Part shown: piece by piece, positions 38,171 through 51,715 of the stretch | Layout of the letters: each line of letters opens with the position of its first letter | How positions within the stretch are numbered: the first letter of the stretch is position 1 | NCBI GenBank assembly: GCA_013265495.1 | Contig: MU058636.1 | Coordinates: 5,491,741 to 5,555,740 of the forward strand | Source: Vicugna vicugna | Lineage: Eukaryota | Reading direction: 5' to 3' | Length of the DNA stretch: 64,000 bases | The notes under the pieces: model-generated | Database searches by the model: none | What the model was told of the DNA's origin: nothing | What the model saw: only the letters and a program-made list of their open reading frames with translations | Position numbers and translations under genes: made by a program

Positions 38171-40199
38171 GTTACAGAGTTTCCACCCACCTTTTCATTT
38201 TCACTCAGAGACCAGCGGCTGTACTATATTCCTCCCATTTCTTGATACTTTCCTTTCTTCACTCTGAGAAACCGCCACCATCACACCATAACAAAAATTT
38301 AAAACTCTGCCGAAATAACTTATCATACTTTTTCCGAATTCAAGCCACTTGAAATTAGCTCCTCAGCTTGGCTGACGTTCTTTTGCAGTTAGATACTGGT
38401 ACTCTTGTACTATATGTCAGTCTTTCCGGGTTTCATCAATGAAACAATTATCCGGCTGCAATCTATAATCAAATTAAAGTGATTTATCCATTGCATAGCC
38501 ATTGAGTAGGAGAAAAATAACTTGTAAATATTAAGGTCAGACCCTGAGGAACCTACATAAAATAGATTTACATACTCTGGTGAAACATTAAAATCTGTAT
38601 GCAGTTTTAAAGTAGGTATTATGAGGAAATGAGATGTGAAAATAAAATAATCTTAAGGTATTTTAGCCAATAACATGTAGTAGGCTTATCATTAGAAATT
38701 AACTCTGATTCCTGCAGGGGAGAGGCAGGAAATGTACTGGAACTTTAAGGAATACCTGAGGAGGTGGTGTCCAAGTCATTTCCCTGGGCTCCAAAGCCTC
38801 ACTCAGAAGATGAAGAGGAGACTAGCTCAAGCCTCAGGGTGTCCTGCTGTTCTCAAGATTTTGCTTCTACAGTGCTTTTAGGACCTTAGATTATGACAAC
38901 ATTTGATGTAACTCAACCATGTGACATGTGATTAATGTCAAGTTTGGCTAGAGAAACTGAAATATTTCAAAAGAGAATTTCTGAATTATTTAAACTGTAA
39001 AATTGCTTGGATCTTATTTCTTTTTAAATTGTCTCTGTACCAGGCTGTCAAATAAGAACCAAAGTTAGTTAGCTCTTTTTTTTTTTTAATTTCAGGTGCT
39101 CCACGTGAAAGTTGAAAATTAAAGAAAATTATTCAATCCTCTCTATTACATAAATTGCTATTGGCTTAAAAAGCGGAAATGAATAGTCACCTGAACTATG
39201 TGCGCTACAATTCTACACTTTCAATAAACATTCCCTCCACCAGTTTATATTGTTGGTAGAAGATGAGGGGAGAAATGATGATAAAAAACCATCTTTATTA
39301 TCTTGTTATTGTAAATATTCAAAAATGTTTGCTAGTGAAGCACACTTCACAATGAGCTAGAAAGTAATGTTTGAGCTTTTTTTGGCCATCCTGGTAAACC
39401 TTCGAAATTGTCAGTTATTAAGCAATAAATCATGGATCAGAAATGGACTTGAAACTATGGCATCCAGTTATAGACTAATCCAGATTGCTTTCTGGACCCA
39501 TGCCAAATACCCTTTTGATTACATCCTCTGTTTTGTATGCTTGTAGTGGTAAGGAAATGCTCTACAAGGAGCAAGATTTGTGTTATCTTAAAGTGACTGC
39601 TGTACAGTATAATAAGAAAATGTTTCACAATCACATTCCCAGGGAAGTTGTGTATTTAACTTCAGAAAAAGGATCTCTAACTGAATCAAACAGAGGCAGT
39701 AGTTGTAACATTATACGCACAGGAGTAGAATAGGACAAGAAACATTACAGCTATTTCACCCATCATTTAGCTCTAAAGATCCTGGGCCCCTACTACTTTC
39801 TATTTTAATACATATTTTATATTCAGATGTCATGGATTAGGGGTTTTCTTTAAATAACTAATTTGAAGATAAATTCTGGCTTTGCAAATTTGTTTAGCTC
39901 TGGCTGTTGAAGAGTCCATGAATTCAGGACTGTCCAAGAGAAGCCAGATGAAAGAGTGGAGAGATCTGCCCAGAACAGGTGCCACACAGCACAGCTCAGC
40001 TCCCTGCCCGCCCAGCTGCTGGCCCTGCTGGAGGAAATCACAGCTGTGCAGATGCAGCCGCCATATAGGCAAGGGTTCTAAACTCAACTGGGCTACTTGG
40101 AGTCTTTTATACAGTCCTTAGCATCCACTCCCATTTTCCAGGAGCCCTGTTTCAAAGGTGAACCTTAAGTAGGACCCTTTAAAGATAACCCTTCCCTCT

Positions 40200-42070
40200 G
40201 GGGTCTTCACCTTGAGCAGATGACAATACCACCTACTTCACAGAAGAGAAATCAGGCAACTCCTTATCCCCACTACCTTCTTTCTTACTCCCTTCCCTCC
40301 CAACACATGAGAGACGTATCTCTCTCTTCCGACCCAAGAGCTAGTCCTCGACCTGTGCTCTGCTTATCATCCTCTCTTGTCCCTGCAAGGACTCTGCTAC
40401 ATCAGTTATTTCCTCTGTCTCCTACACCCTCAACCCTTCCCTCTCCATGGGCTCAACCTTCAAGTCTCACACTTCTTTAAATCAAATGCAAACCAGAGCA
40501 ACAACAACCATAACAAAACACACAGCCTCCACCCTGTCTCTCTTAGAAAGACTATTCCCTTATCAACACTACAATCTGGGCTCCCTCACTAACTCACTGA
40601 AACCAGTCTTGGCATGGTCACCAATAACTGCTTGGTTGCTACATCTATTGGATGTTTCCAGCTGTTCTCGTTCCTTCAGGGGAATGTGGATGATAGGACG
40701 CTGTTGACTGCCCCTTCCTCTTGACACTGCTTTGTCTTGTGAATGTCGGGCTACACGCCCCCGCTGGGTCTCCTTCTCACACTGTGCCCCAGGTGGCTGA
40801 GGCGTCTGACTTCAGAGCTCCCCTTCCACCAGCTCCATGTCGGCATTCCCTGGGTTTCAGCTCTCAGCCCCACCCCCACTCTCTCCTTAGGCTTCAGTGT
40901 CTCTGGGTGATTATATTCCTTCCCATGGTTTCAGCCCTGACCTCTCACGGCCCACCATGATAGAGACAGAAGGTACACGTTTTGTTGATTGAGGCTGGAG
41001 GCAGAATTGAGTTTGACTCTGGGTTAAGTTTTGGCCCCTCAGCACTATCTGCCTCTGGGATCTTCATGTGAATTAAATGGTATGATCACAAAGAAGAGAT
41101 TCAACCAGAGTTAGCATGTTGCTGTCCAGTCATTATCACTGCCACATTGCTCTCCCAACCCAAACCTTTCCTGAGCCCCTCTAAGGCGCCTTTGCTCACA
41201 CCCAATCTAAATAACCCATTACTCCCTCTCGTGGCATGCAGCTTAATTTTCTTCATAGCACTTATCACTTCCAGACATTTTCTGGTTTGTTGGTTTGTGG
41301 CCTGTCTTCAAGGCAAACCGCCAGCAATGTGAGATGGAGGCCTGGTCTGTTTGATTCGCCATTGCGACCTCAGTGCCTAGACAGTCCCTGACAATTGTGT
41401 TCAGTAAAAACATGCAGAATAAATGAATAATTTTTCTCTGATGCCCTATATCATTTCCTTTACTAATGGCTATTTCTCAAATTTTCCCTCTAAACCGGCT
41501 CTTCCATCTCTGTTTTCTGTATTAGCCAAGTGATGCTACCAACTCACCCCCACCACAATCTAGTGTCCAAGAGAAAATCTAGAAGATCACCTTACTCCAA
41601 AACTTCTTATATTGCTCCAAGCTTTCTCTGACTCTCCATCCCCATAGTAACTGGTTTAGTTCAGGTTTTCTTCTTTCCTCCCCTGAATTTCAGTATCATG
41701 AGAGTCACATAGAAAGCTACTGCTCTCACTCAATTCTACGTCTTTATACATTCCTTCTAACTGGAACATGTTTCCTCTTGATTTTTTTCTTGATTCATCC
41801 TTCAAGATTCAATTCAGATGTCACCTCCTCCTGGAGGTCTTCCACAAATCCCGATAGCTGGATTGTTCTTCCTGTCCTGTGTTCTGACAGCGCCTCGGGT
41901 CTGTCTCCGGAGGAGCACTTCTCACAGAGCATTGTGGGCACAAGTCTGCTTTCCTCAGTCTCCCCACTAGTCCTGAGTTTCTCCAGGAGGACTAGTACTT
42001 TTATTTCTGAATCCCTTGTGCTTTTTTCAGTAAACAGCACATAAAGGATCATTTACTAAGTGAATGTTCC
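40200..42070 (+). mobile_element. Cluster of L2 fragments (with a MIR piece at ~40960-41140)
   Basis: L2 tails at ~41370-41430 (cagtgcctagacag...aataaatgaat) and ~42050; pyrimidine-rich L2 body. Confidence 0.65.
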
Positions 42071-43537
42071 ATTAGAGTTTTGGATGGCTGGTTATTACTA
42101 GAGTCTGCTCCTTAGTATAAATGTAAACTTTAATTGTGCTTGTGACATGATTAACAATCACTCTCTGTTTAAAGTTTACTGATTTTAAATATAGAAGTAA
42201 TATATATTGTTGATTATAGATTTTTAAACATAGAGAAGTATAAATAGAAACATTAAAATCACCTGTAATATTACGAGGAGCTCATAACCTTTGAAGATTT
42301 TCCTTTTCAGTTTTTTTTCACATATTTAAAAAATTTAGAATAACTTCTATACCACATTCTGAAATTTTTCTCACTTAGCATTAGGTTGTGAGCTTTGTTT
42401 CAATTTATTAAGTTATCTTTTAAAATATAGTTTTTAATGAATATATAAAATTCTGTTGGATAGACATACCATAATTTATTTTAAAACTTTCATAATTTTG
42501 GACATTTCATTGCAAATTTCTGAAGTTACAGATAATACAGTGATCAGCTTTGGCAAATGGAAAAAACATTTTTTTCTTTCTCCTTCTCTTAATGTTGTGT
42601 TGTATGATTAAGCCCCATCACCACTGTCACCCTCAACCACAAGCAATAAGCAGAACCTGCCACCCATCTACCTATACATATGTAGCCAACGTACTGAATT
42701 CTCTTATCTCTTTTACTCCCCCTCCCATGTGCCATCATCCCTTATGCCTAAGAATGGAGGACATTCTGCTGTTGACTTGTTGAGTATTTTGTTGTCAAAA
42801 GCCTTTGCTTTAGAAAAAAATCCAATTTCTAACTGTCCCAAGCCAGCAATCCATTGCCAGGAGCTATAGTCATAGTCCATTATTTCATGTTTTTCAGATT
42901 TGCTGGACGAAACTGCCTTCCTTGCTGTGACCCATCCACTGCCCCTCACTGCACGACAGAAGGGTGAAGAGCTCACTGGGACTCTTTTTCCTGTGTGTTC
43001 CCTCCCCAAGAGAGATGTGATACAGCGACCATCCTTCTGTGCTCCCTTCAGGCTTCAGGCTACATTTCAGGGTCTTCTTGTTGGAGATTCCAATATGAAA
43101 TCTCGTATTATTTATTTCCTCATAAAAAATGTTGCTGAAGTTCTGGAGAAGCTGGCTTTCCATGCTGGGTCCTGAGCTCAGTCACTGATCTGTGCCTGTC
43201 CCGTTGTGTGTGTCTTAGTGCCCCACTGCCAGGCTCTGAATCTGCCAAGCTTTTAACACTAACAGTTTTCATGGCTTTTTGGGTTTTGTCTTTTAATTAA
43301 AATATCGTCAGGCTCCATGCATTTGTGGAAGCAAAATATAGTGTTAACTGCAAGTTCTGTATTACAGATCAGTATTTTGGGGTATGTTTAGTATTTTCCT
43401 GATGTAGATTACTGACTGCCTGGAATCTTCAGGCTTAATGTCATATCATAATATCTCACTGACTTTACAAGTATTATAATTCTTTCTGTATTTTTCACAT
43501 AGACTTTTGGGGACCATTATAACACATGCCCATGTGA

Positions 43538-43674
43538 TTTTTTTCTCTTTTGGGGGGTAATTAGGTTTGTTTATTTATTTATTTGTTTGTTTATTTTAAT
43601 GGCGGTATTGGGGATTGAATTTAGGACCTCATGCTTGCTAAGCACGCACTCTGTCACTGAGCTACATCCTCCCC
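43538..43674 (-). mobile_element. tRNA-derived camelid SINE (Vic-1-like), inserted in an L2
   Basis: Reverse complement reads ggggaggatgtagctcagtgacagagtgcgtgcttagcaagcatgaggtcctaaattcaatccccaatacc, then an A-rich tail; A/B-box-like tRNA head. Confidence 0.85.
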
Positions 43675-44444
43675 AACATGATATTTTGGGTTTGTTTGTT
43701 TTTGTTTATTGCCCGACTTACCCCTTCCCTAGATTGGAAGTTCCAGGAGAGCAGAGAATTGTCTTTTTTTCTGAACTCTGTTTCCCAGCACTTAGAACAA
43801 TGCCTTGTACAAAGTAGGATGACACAAATGATGAATGAATAAACAACACATCATTTGCCAAGAAAGTTCATTCCATCACTGGAAATTCTAAATGATACCT
43901 GATGCTATCCTGTCTCTTCTGGAGAGCTTAGTTCCTTCGACTTACAACTGCAGGGACTTCTGCTTCCAACTTCACTTCACCCACCCCCTGGACACACCCT
44001 GGACTGAGTAACTATCCATACTTGAACATTTATCTCAGCTTCTATCACCATCTTGTGTCCTCCCAGCATTCCTCATCTGGTCTCATAATCTTTACTTTTG
44101 CTTTTCTTTACTTAATCAGTCCCTCTCCTTGGCTTCAGTTCCTTCTAAGCCCTGGGTGAAGTGCTATGAGCCAGCTCTCAACCGCTTTCTCATTACACAA
44201 ACACACAGTTATTTCAGCTCCTAGTTATCCCACAGCTGTCTGGCAAGACCCCTATATCCACTCTTACATCCAGCCTACCACGGGCTGTCAACGAAATCCC
44301 AGAACTTCCCAACGGGGCATGTGATGCTGATGGAGTGAGAGTCACCAGCAAAATTTTTACCGTGTCTTCACTGGGTTTTGTTCCTGTTCTCAAGGTGGCG
44401 CTCTCAAAACTTCACCACTCATCTCAAGGCCCACACTCACTTAG

Positions 44445-44705
44445 AACTTTTTTTTTCATTTTACTGTGGTAAAATCTACATAATATAAGTGTTTACTATT
44501 TAACTCATATAAAATTCAGTGGCATTAAATACATTCACAAGGTTGTATAAGCATCACAACTATCTAACACTTTTTCTTCATCCCCAGTAAAAATGCTGCA
44601 CTCTCAAAGAATAACCCCCTTTTGCCTCCTGCCCCCAGCCCCTGGTAACCTGTATTCTCCTTTTTGTCCCTATGAATTTGCCTCGTCTAGGTACCCCACA
44701 TAAGC
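44445..44705 (-). mobile_element. L1MA/MB-like 3' UTR fragment
   Basis: ttcagtggcattaaatacattcacaa...cccccagcccctggtaacc...tatgaatttgcct. Confidence 0.85.
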
Positions 44706-47700
44706 CATGGACACTTGCTTCCCTCTCACCCTCAAGTAAGTACGTGCCTGATGCTCCACGGAGAAAACAGAGAAACTGGCAGCTTCTTGAATGCACCACA
44801 CTCTCTGGCCTCAGAGCCTTTGCACTTGTTCCTCTGCTTGGACGCATTGGCTCTTCCTCTTTATGGACATACCTAAGTTCCACGGAGTAATAGTTTCATG
44901 TCCCAGTGGATTGTGATCCCCTTGAGGGTAGGAAGTGAGTTTTTAATATCTGTATCCCTAGTACAGAATACAGCACCCAATACACTGTAAGTGCTCAATA
45001 TTTATTTATTGAATGAATATGAATTGGAAATTGGGGCTATAAAGTAGGTTAGGGAAGCTGGGTGTGCACATGTGTTATTCACACCAATGTTGAAATATTT
45101 AGCATTAATCCATTAAAAAGATAGAAATTGGTAAATATGCACACAAACACATAGGCACTAAGTCACAATTGATAAAAGAACCAAGCGTGACAGGAATTTT
45201 AATAATACTAATAAATTATGGGTGGATGTTACTAACTATTTTTGAATATTAATTAATTACTAATTAATAATCCAGGTTTTTTTTTAACACCCCCAAATCT
45301 GCATTTTACACTTGAGAAAACTTATCTTGTCATAATTTAACTCCCTCCTTCTACCCAAACTAGGATTGGAGTCTAAAGATTTCTGTGTTAAAAGTTAAAT
45401 GCAGAGTCACCGGTACCATAAATATAGAATAGAAATGAATTGGGTTATCTTTAATATTCAAAAGTGTTCTGTGAAGTTAACATGCAAGATAAACATGTGA
45501 CTCTCTGAAGGGGAATACAGTATTGAAAAAACAAAAAATAAAGTCTAAGGGTAAAATACAACTTTCTGGTGGGTTAAGTGTGTGTGGTTTTAAAGGAGAA
45601 TGGAATAATGGTTAAGAAAAAGAAAAAGAAAAAAAACGAGAGAGTGCGGATAAGAGCAGAAGGGCCAAAGTTACGTGAAACTAGAAGGAACAGAAAGGGG
45701 CTCCAATACAACTCACCAAATTGGGGTGGGGGGAGGCAGGAAGAGAAGCTACTGGAATTTATTCTAGAGAGAGGCAACTGCAGGAGGGAAAACTCTAGAG
45801 CAAGAACCAGGTGGTCACCTTCCATGAGAGAATGAGGCGATCACAAAACATACCGCTATAGGCTCAACTGAGCCGCAAGCAGGAAAGGACCCAGGTTCTC
45901 TGGACTGAGAAGGGGGACTGCAAGGAACACAAGTCCACAGGCTCAAAGGAGTCTAACAGAGAAATCTAGAGAGTAACAGGAACTGGGAAGCGAGAGTGCT
46001 GGAAAGGGTTGCTCAGGGCCTTTAACTCGGGCAAGCGGCACTGAGCAATGTACAACTACACTTCTGCTGTCCGGCATTTCACTTCACCGTGACAGGGTTA
46101 AACTGCATTAGAACAGCTCTGTATGCTGGACGGCAGCATTCGGGGCTGGAGATGGAGCCCACCAGGGAAGCTAAGGCAGGGTAGTAAGGATGGAGCGTCT
46201 GCCCAGCTTGACCGTTAGGTGGTGGCAGCCAAAAGTAAACACAAAATTTTCTAGCAGATGAAATATCATATATTTCATCAAAGGAGTTTTGTAGATGAAT
46301 CATGGGAGAGCTAAATACGAAATGCAATCCTTTGGCTTTCAATACCTTTAAGAATAAATTTTGTTCTCGGGAAGCCTCACTTATGAACTATAAATTCACT
46401 GTAGGTAGGTCAGGTGTCTGACCAGGAAAACATTTTGCTCTGTCTTCTTTCTACTCATTGTACTTTTCTTGGTATAACTATTAAACATAATAATTCTCAC
46501 TTGAGACATAAATTACCCCTGCTCATGAATTCTTTCTGCTATTTTTCTAATTTCTTTTTAATCACTTTATTTTATTTTTGCCACTTTCATGTTTTTAAAT
46601 AACATCTTCATTAAGATGTTAATGGCATACCATTAAATCCACTCATCGATTGTTTTACTTAAAGCAAGTGGTTTCTTAATACTATTGGTTGGAGACTTCT
46701 ATCATAGGGCTCTATGGCCTTCTCCCATGTACAGCATCATAGATACAGAACAGCTTAAACTTGCTCAGTAAGCAAATGAACATACAAATTTATATGTATA
46801 CACCCCTTGGCTACTATTCCTAAGGTTATATCATAGTTATCTTAAAGACAGGATAAAGGAAAGAACTCTGGCACAGATACGGGAAGGATTTAATAAATCC
46901 ATCTGAAGCTGATAAATATGTTTGTTCTTAGGTTTACAGGATTTCCACATAATTAATCTGGACACAGTGACTTCTTGTGAGAGCAGGGTTATCTCCAAAA
47001 TATGTATTTCATTCTTCCAAAATAAGATTTCTTAGAAATAACTATTTTAACGTTTCTGTTCCTAGCCTTAGCTCTCTTGCTATTTCAATAAGGCCATAAA
47101 AACCTACCCAGGCATCTGCTTTTGATTTTAGATTTCTATTTTCTCCTTTAAATTTCCTAAGCACCTGCCTAACCAGCTAACCAAGCTTCTCTTCCTTCAC
47201 CACCATTCATTCTTGCCATAAGACGCTGTTAGGCTTTTCCTCAGTTCACTTAGCTTTTTAAACACCTGCAGTTCTACAACAAGGATAGTATTGTCTGGCT
47301 ATTTCACTTAGCAATGAGTTGATTTACCTGTCAAGATAAACTTCATTGTACCTGTTATTGGCTCTCTGGATTAATGCCTTATAAAACAGCACATTTGCAC
47401 AGTTCCATGCCCTTCATAAGCATTAAACACTGATTTCATTTGATAGGCTGGGTACTATACCAACATTTAGTGAAAGGAGCTCATTGCTATGGTTTCAAAG
47501 ATGAACAATTATGAAAGTGAACCTTTTGGATTCAAGCTAAACATTTATTTGTTAAAAGGGATCTCTAGAGGTTATGACAGGAGTTATCCATGTCCTGTAA
47601 AAGAATACTGTATAAGTATCTAGTAGTCCAAGTTTGCTTTAAAAATCCATTAAAATAAATATATAGCTAAATGATTAATGACAGCATGAGCAGCATGAAA

Positions 47701-49547
47701 CTTCATCACCCTTTTTGTCACTATGCAGAGAAATATATCAAGAAAAAGGGAAATGTAGAATTTTCATCAGGTCAGAGATACACTATACCACAGTCCAAAT
47801 GACTTGATCTTTTATCATTTTTCTTTATTGTTAGACATAAAAAAGAAGGTTTCCAGCTGTTTCTGGATCCTCTTTTAATTTATTTCTAATAAAGCATATA
47901 TATGGGTAACAACTTCAAGCTGAGTTTTGAAACCTGAAGACAGTTCTCTGCCTCTAACAGTTAATCAATGCCACATACAAGCTGGCTTCAATTAAATTCA
48001 GTGTAAGATTGCTGTGATCTGGTTAACTGCAATAGTTAAAAAAAAAAGTTACAATTATTACTCCCCAATGGTGAACAACCCTTAAGGAAAAAAAAAGGGG
48101 AGGATAAATTCTTTTTAAACTAGTAAAAACAACAAAAAAACTTGCTTCAAATATTAAAAACCATTCTTTATGGCTTAATATCCATTTGCTTAAATCTTGA
48201 GTGTTGTATTGTTAAGTTTATTGTAACCTGTTCTATTTCTGCTTTCATCTCATTGGGAAAAGTATCCCAAAGTAAAATGGCAGCCAGCCATTTATCTACC
48301 ATGTTCATCTTATTTTACAGTGGAAACCAATTAGGGATAATTTGAAGAAAAACTCAATTGTAACTAACTCATAGTATTTTTTTTCCAGTCAATATTAAAC
48401 ATTTTAGTGGAATGTGATAAGTATTTCAACCTGGACTACATTTAAGAAGCTTTGTTGTGTTCTGTGAATTTCAGAATTTGGTCATCCCTCACACTGTGGG
48501 TAGTTTCTAACTAATGTATATAATATAGGCCTGTCATTTTCAGATATATGATCATTTGGGAAAAGTGCCCAAAGGGCCCAGTAGCTGTAAGAACTCTCCT
48601 CCCCTTTCTGATAACAGGGCTTGTGATTTCCTTCCCCTTCCTCCTTCCATCACTGCTGTTTGGTCCTGCTTATGTCCCCATGTCTCTCTTAACTTCAAAC
48701 ACTTCTTATCTTAGGGGAGTAAACCCTCTGAGTAATCCCTTTACTCACTTCCTCAAAGCACCCCTCCACCAACTCTTCCCCTCAGTGGGTCCTGAGCCAA
48801 GTAACATCTAACCAGTCTCCATCCCCCAATCTAGCCTAGCTCCTATAACGTAGAAAAGCTTTTTCAATTAAGTGGCATTTTAAAAAAGTGAAGATAAATC
48901 TTATGCCCACCCGCTTTGTATTCCAGTATTATAATTAGCATTCATTCAGTTGCTCAACAAAAACTTGCTGAGTACATCGTGTATACCAGACCCCAGCCTG
49001 AGCACCTGGTACAACTGTCTTTCCCTGTAGGCTTTGAAAATAAAGAGAAATGATGAGAGTTTAGGAGGGAACAATTTTATCCCTGTTTCCTCCTTACTAT
49101 AATTAGCAGGAAAACAACAACAAAAACCTTTGAAAGCCTCAGGTTCAATAACATTTATTGGCCCTCTACTATGTACTGGCCTATGTGCTTGGCTCTGGAG
49201 AAAGCAATGTTAACTACAAAAGACCCTGTGCTATGAAGGGTCTTAAACAAGAGTGTGGACTAGGAGAGCTCTGAGGGTGAGAAAGATCTTATGTCCTGGG
49301 CAGAGATAAGGTGGTGGCTGTGAACATGAAGGCAGTCCAAACCAAAGCCAGGAGAGGCATCGTGAAGAGCCAGCCCAACATTTGGAGTGTCTTCAATAGG
49401 CAGGAGTTTCCAGCCTCCAACTAGAGAGCCTTCTGGGAGCCCTCCCAATATTACTTGTTAGAATCTGTCCCCTACCATCACCACAAACATTCCCTGCTGG
49501 ACTCTGACCAAGACCTTGGGACCACCAGGTACAGGCCGGGTAGTGAG

Positions 49548-49678
49548 TAAGGCTGCCAGATTTAGCAAATAAAAGTGCAAGGTGTCCAGTTAAATCTGAA
49601 TTTCAGCTAAATAGCAAATAATTTTTAGTAAAGTATGTCCCATGCAATACCTTTGTTTGTATTTTATCTGGCAATCTG
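49548..49678. mobile_element. MER53 hAT MITE, internally deleted
   Basis: tgccagatttagcaaataaaa...ccagttaaatctgaatttcag...aagtatgtcccatgcaata...tgtattttatctggcaa; terminal inverted repeats tgccagat/atctggca. Confidence 0.85.
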
Positions 49679-50619
49679 AGAAACAGGATGATACTCTTAT
49701 TTCTGTTTAGCTTCTGCAGGCAATCCAGACACCAATTTAGAAGTCCTTTCTCCTACTTGTGATTCTCAGCTTCTCAAAGCATTGGGACATTTAGCAGGTG
49801 CCTCTGCGGTTGTTTTTTTGTGCTGACACAGATGAAATCCTGCCTACCTCTTGAGTAGACTTTTCAAATGCCCTGAAAAGTAGCTGCCTTTGTTCCATTT
49901 CAGTGCACTTGATGTTAGCTACCAAATAAAACATATATAATGCCCACCTGAAAAAGGCTTGTATGTAAATCAAGAAACTTTTCTAATGGATACTTACTTA
50001 TCTGCCCTGAACAAATTTAATCGTCTGGAAACAAGTCTAGCTGTTTAAGGCCAAAAAAAATCAGCTCGAGACCGTCTTTACTGGGTACATATTTGTCTTC
50101 AAATCAACTGCCACTTGGTTTAGGCTTGTAAACAAAGAAGTATCTGAAAGTGCACTTTCTCTTTGCTTAAAGAATGTGTGTCTATGTTCATACACATAGA
50201 CATGCATAATGTATGTTTTAGGCAAAGTTCCTTTTGAAGGCAGTGGGAAGAAAAAGCTCCCTTATTTTGGGAACCACTTATTAATGAACTAGAGAATCAT
50301 TGGGCTTGGTAAATATTTTCCTATATGTTTGGTAATAAAAATAGTACTTTATAATAATAATATAAGATTGATACAATATAAAATAATATACACATGATAT
50401 ACATAATATATAAAATATAAACATAGTAAATATTTTTTCAGTAATTTAAGAAATATTGGTATTTCATAAGCTTTTAATTATTCCTGATACTTCTGATTTT
50501 ATATTCAAAAGATAAATCGTCATGACAACTCAGATTACTAGAAATGGATATAAGTTACAGGATAAAGTGCATAATCATATTGTTCATGACATGGATTGAA
50601 GATAATGGTCTTTATCTTT

Positions 50620-50800
50620 TCCAGTCTTGCTCAGTCACTTGTTAGAACAAGTTATAGCTTCTGTGTGTTGTTGCTTTCTCATCTGTAAAATGGGAATCAT
50701 AATGTTCTCTACCTCATAGGATGTTGCGAAGATTTAATAAGGTCATATTTATAAAGTATTTAGAATAGGACCTGGCACATATAACTGTCAATTACAATCA
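50620..50800 (+). mobile_element. MIR SINE
   Basis: ctcatctgtaaaatgggaatcataatg...tacctcataggatgttg...cctggcacata. Confidence 0.9.
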
Positions 50801-51625
50801 GCTTTTTAAAAATAATTGATTATAAAAAATTTTTGCCCCTCCTAGAAGACGAAATTAATTTTGGTATTTGTGGGCCACTTCTGCTGAGTTTCCTACTTTC
50901 TCATTCTTAGCTGGATTTGGGCAGTAAGAAACAATTTTTTCACAGTATAATTCATTTTAGCAACAAGAAATTAATATACAGTGAAAATCTGCTACTACCA
51001 CTTTTTTAATGTCCTAGGATTTATTTTAGTGCTCAGTTATAATTTAATAGATTTCCTGGGTTTTCATGTAGCAGTCGCATGCACAACAAAATTATTAGAG
51101 AACATTAAGAAATTATTATGAATATTAAGAAATAATTAATTTCATTTAAAAATGTGTCACAAAGTTTAGGATCAATTCACTCCAGGTCTAAATGAACCAG
51201 TATAAAATGCGCTAACAGAACTCATATGGTGTCTCTTCCTCAGAAGGAGAAGGAATTTCATTATCAGTTCCTGCCTTCTTTAACGTCAATACTTCTACCA
51301 TCTGAGCAAAGACAAATTTTGAAAAGCTGAGTCTTGTCTATCTTCACCTTCACTGACGTCTGAAATCATATTATAATAAAGGTCAGCTCTGTTTTTTTTT
51401 TTCTTCCCATATATATTTTAATGAAACATCTGTAAAACACTACATTCTCTCCAAAAAACTGTTAAGAAAGTGTAACCTCCTGAGGGTGAGCAACCGTTAT
51501 GTATTCCAGACAGATGTCGTTGAGGATATCACACTAGAGAGCATTGTGTTACCTTTTCCAAAATATTTGCTGTTTTTAGCATTCTTCTTTCAATAGGAAA
51601 GTTAAGATAAGGAAAACTTCAATAT

Positions 51626-51715
51626 ACATGTATTTGAATGGAGGTACTGGGGATTGAACCCAGGACCTTGCGCATGCTAGACATGTGCTTTACCACTGAG
51701 CTCTACCCACCCCCC
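51626..51715 (-). mobile_element. tRNA-derived camelid SINE (Vic-1-like)
   Basis: Reverse complement reads ggggtgggtagagctcagtggtaaagcacatgtctagcatgcgcaaggtcctgggttcaatccccagtacctcc. Confidence 0.9.

Noticed and set aside
37225..38352. Many overlapping 67-141 aa ORFs on both strands
   Set aside because: Expected from stop-codon scarcity in a CpG island. Only 37811..37688 has a recognisable peptide and a splice donor.
40061..40069. CArG (SRF) box
   Set aside because: CCATATAGG has five, not six, A/T bases between CC and GG.
39830..40087. Minus-strand ORF containing DSSTARAK, echoing DSTARAW of the exon
   Set aside because: Match is only about 5 residues with no flanking similarity, a non-ATG start and no exon structure.
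49548..49678. MER53 as a miR-1302-type hairpin precursor
   Set aside because: Most of the right palindromic arm is deleted, so the long stem cannot form.
51636..51715. tRNA-like sequences (also 43600-43674 and 63957-64000) as tRNA genes
   Set aside because: Diverged, multiple, partly tailed copies of a tRNA-derived SINE head; no convincing full cloverleaf.
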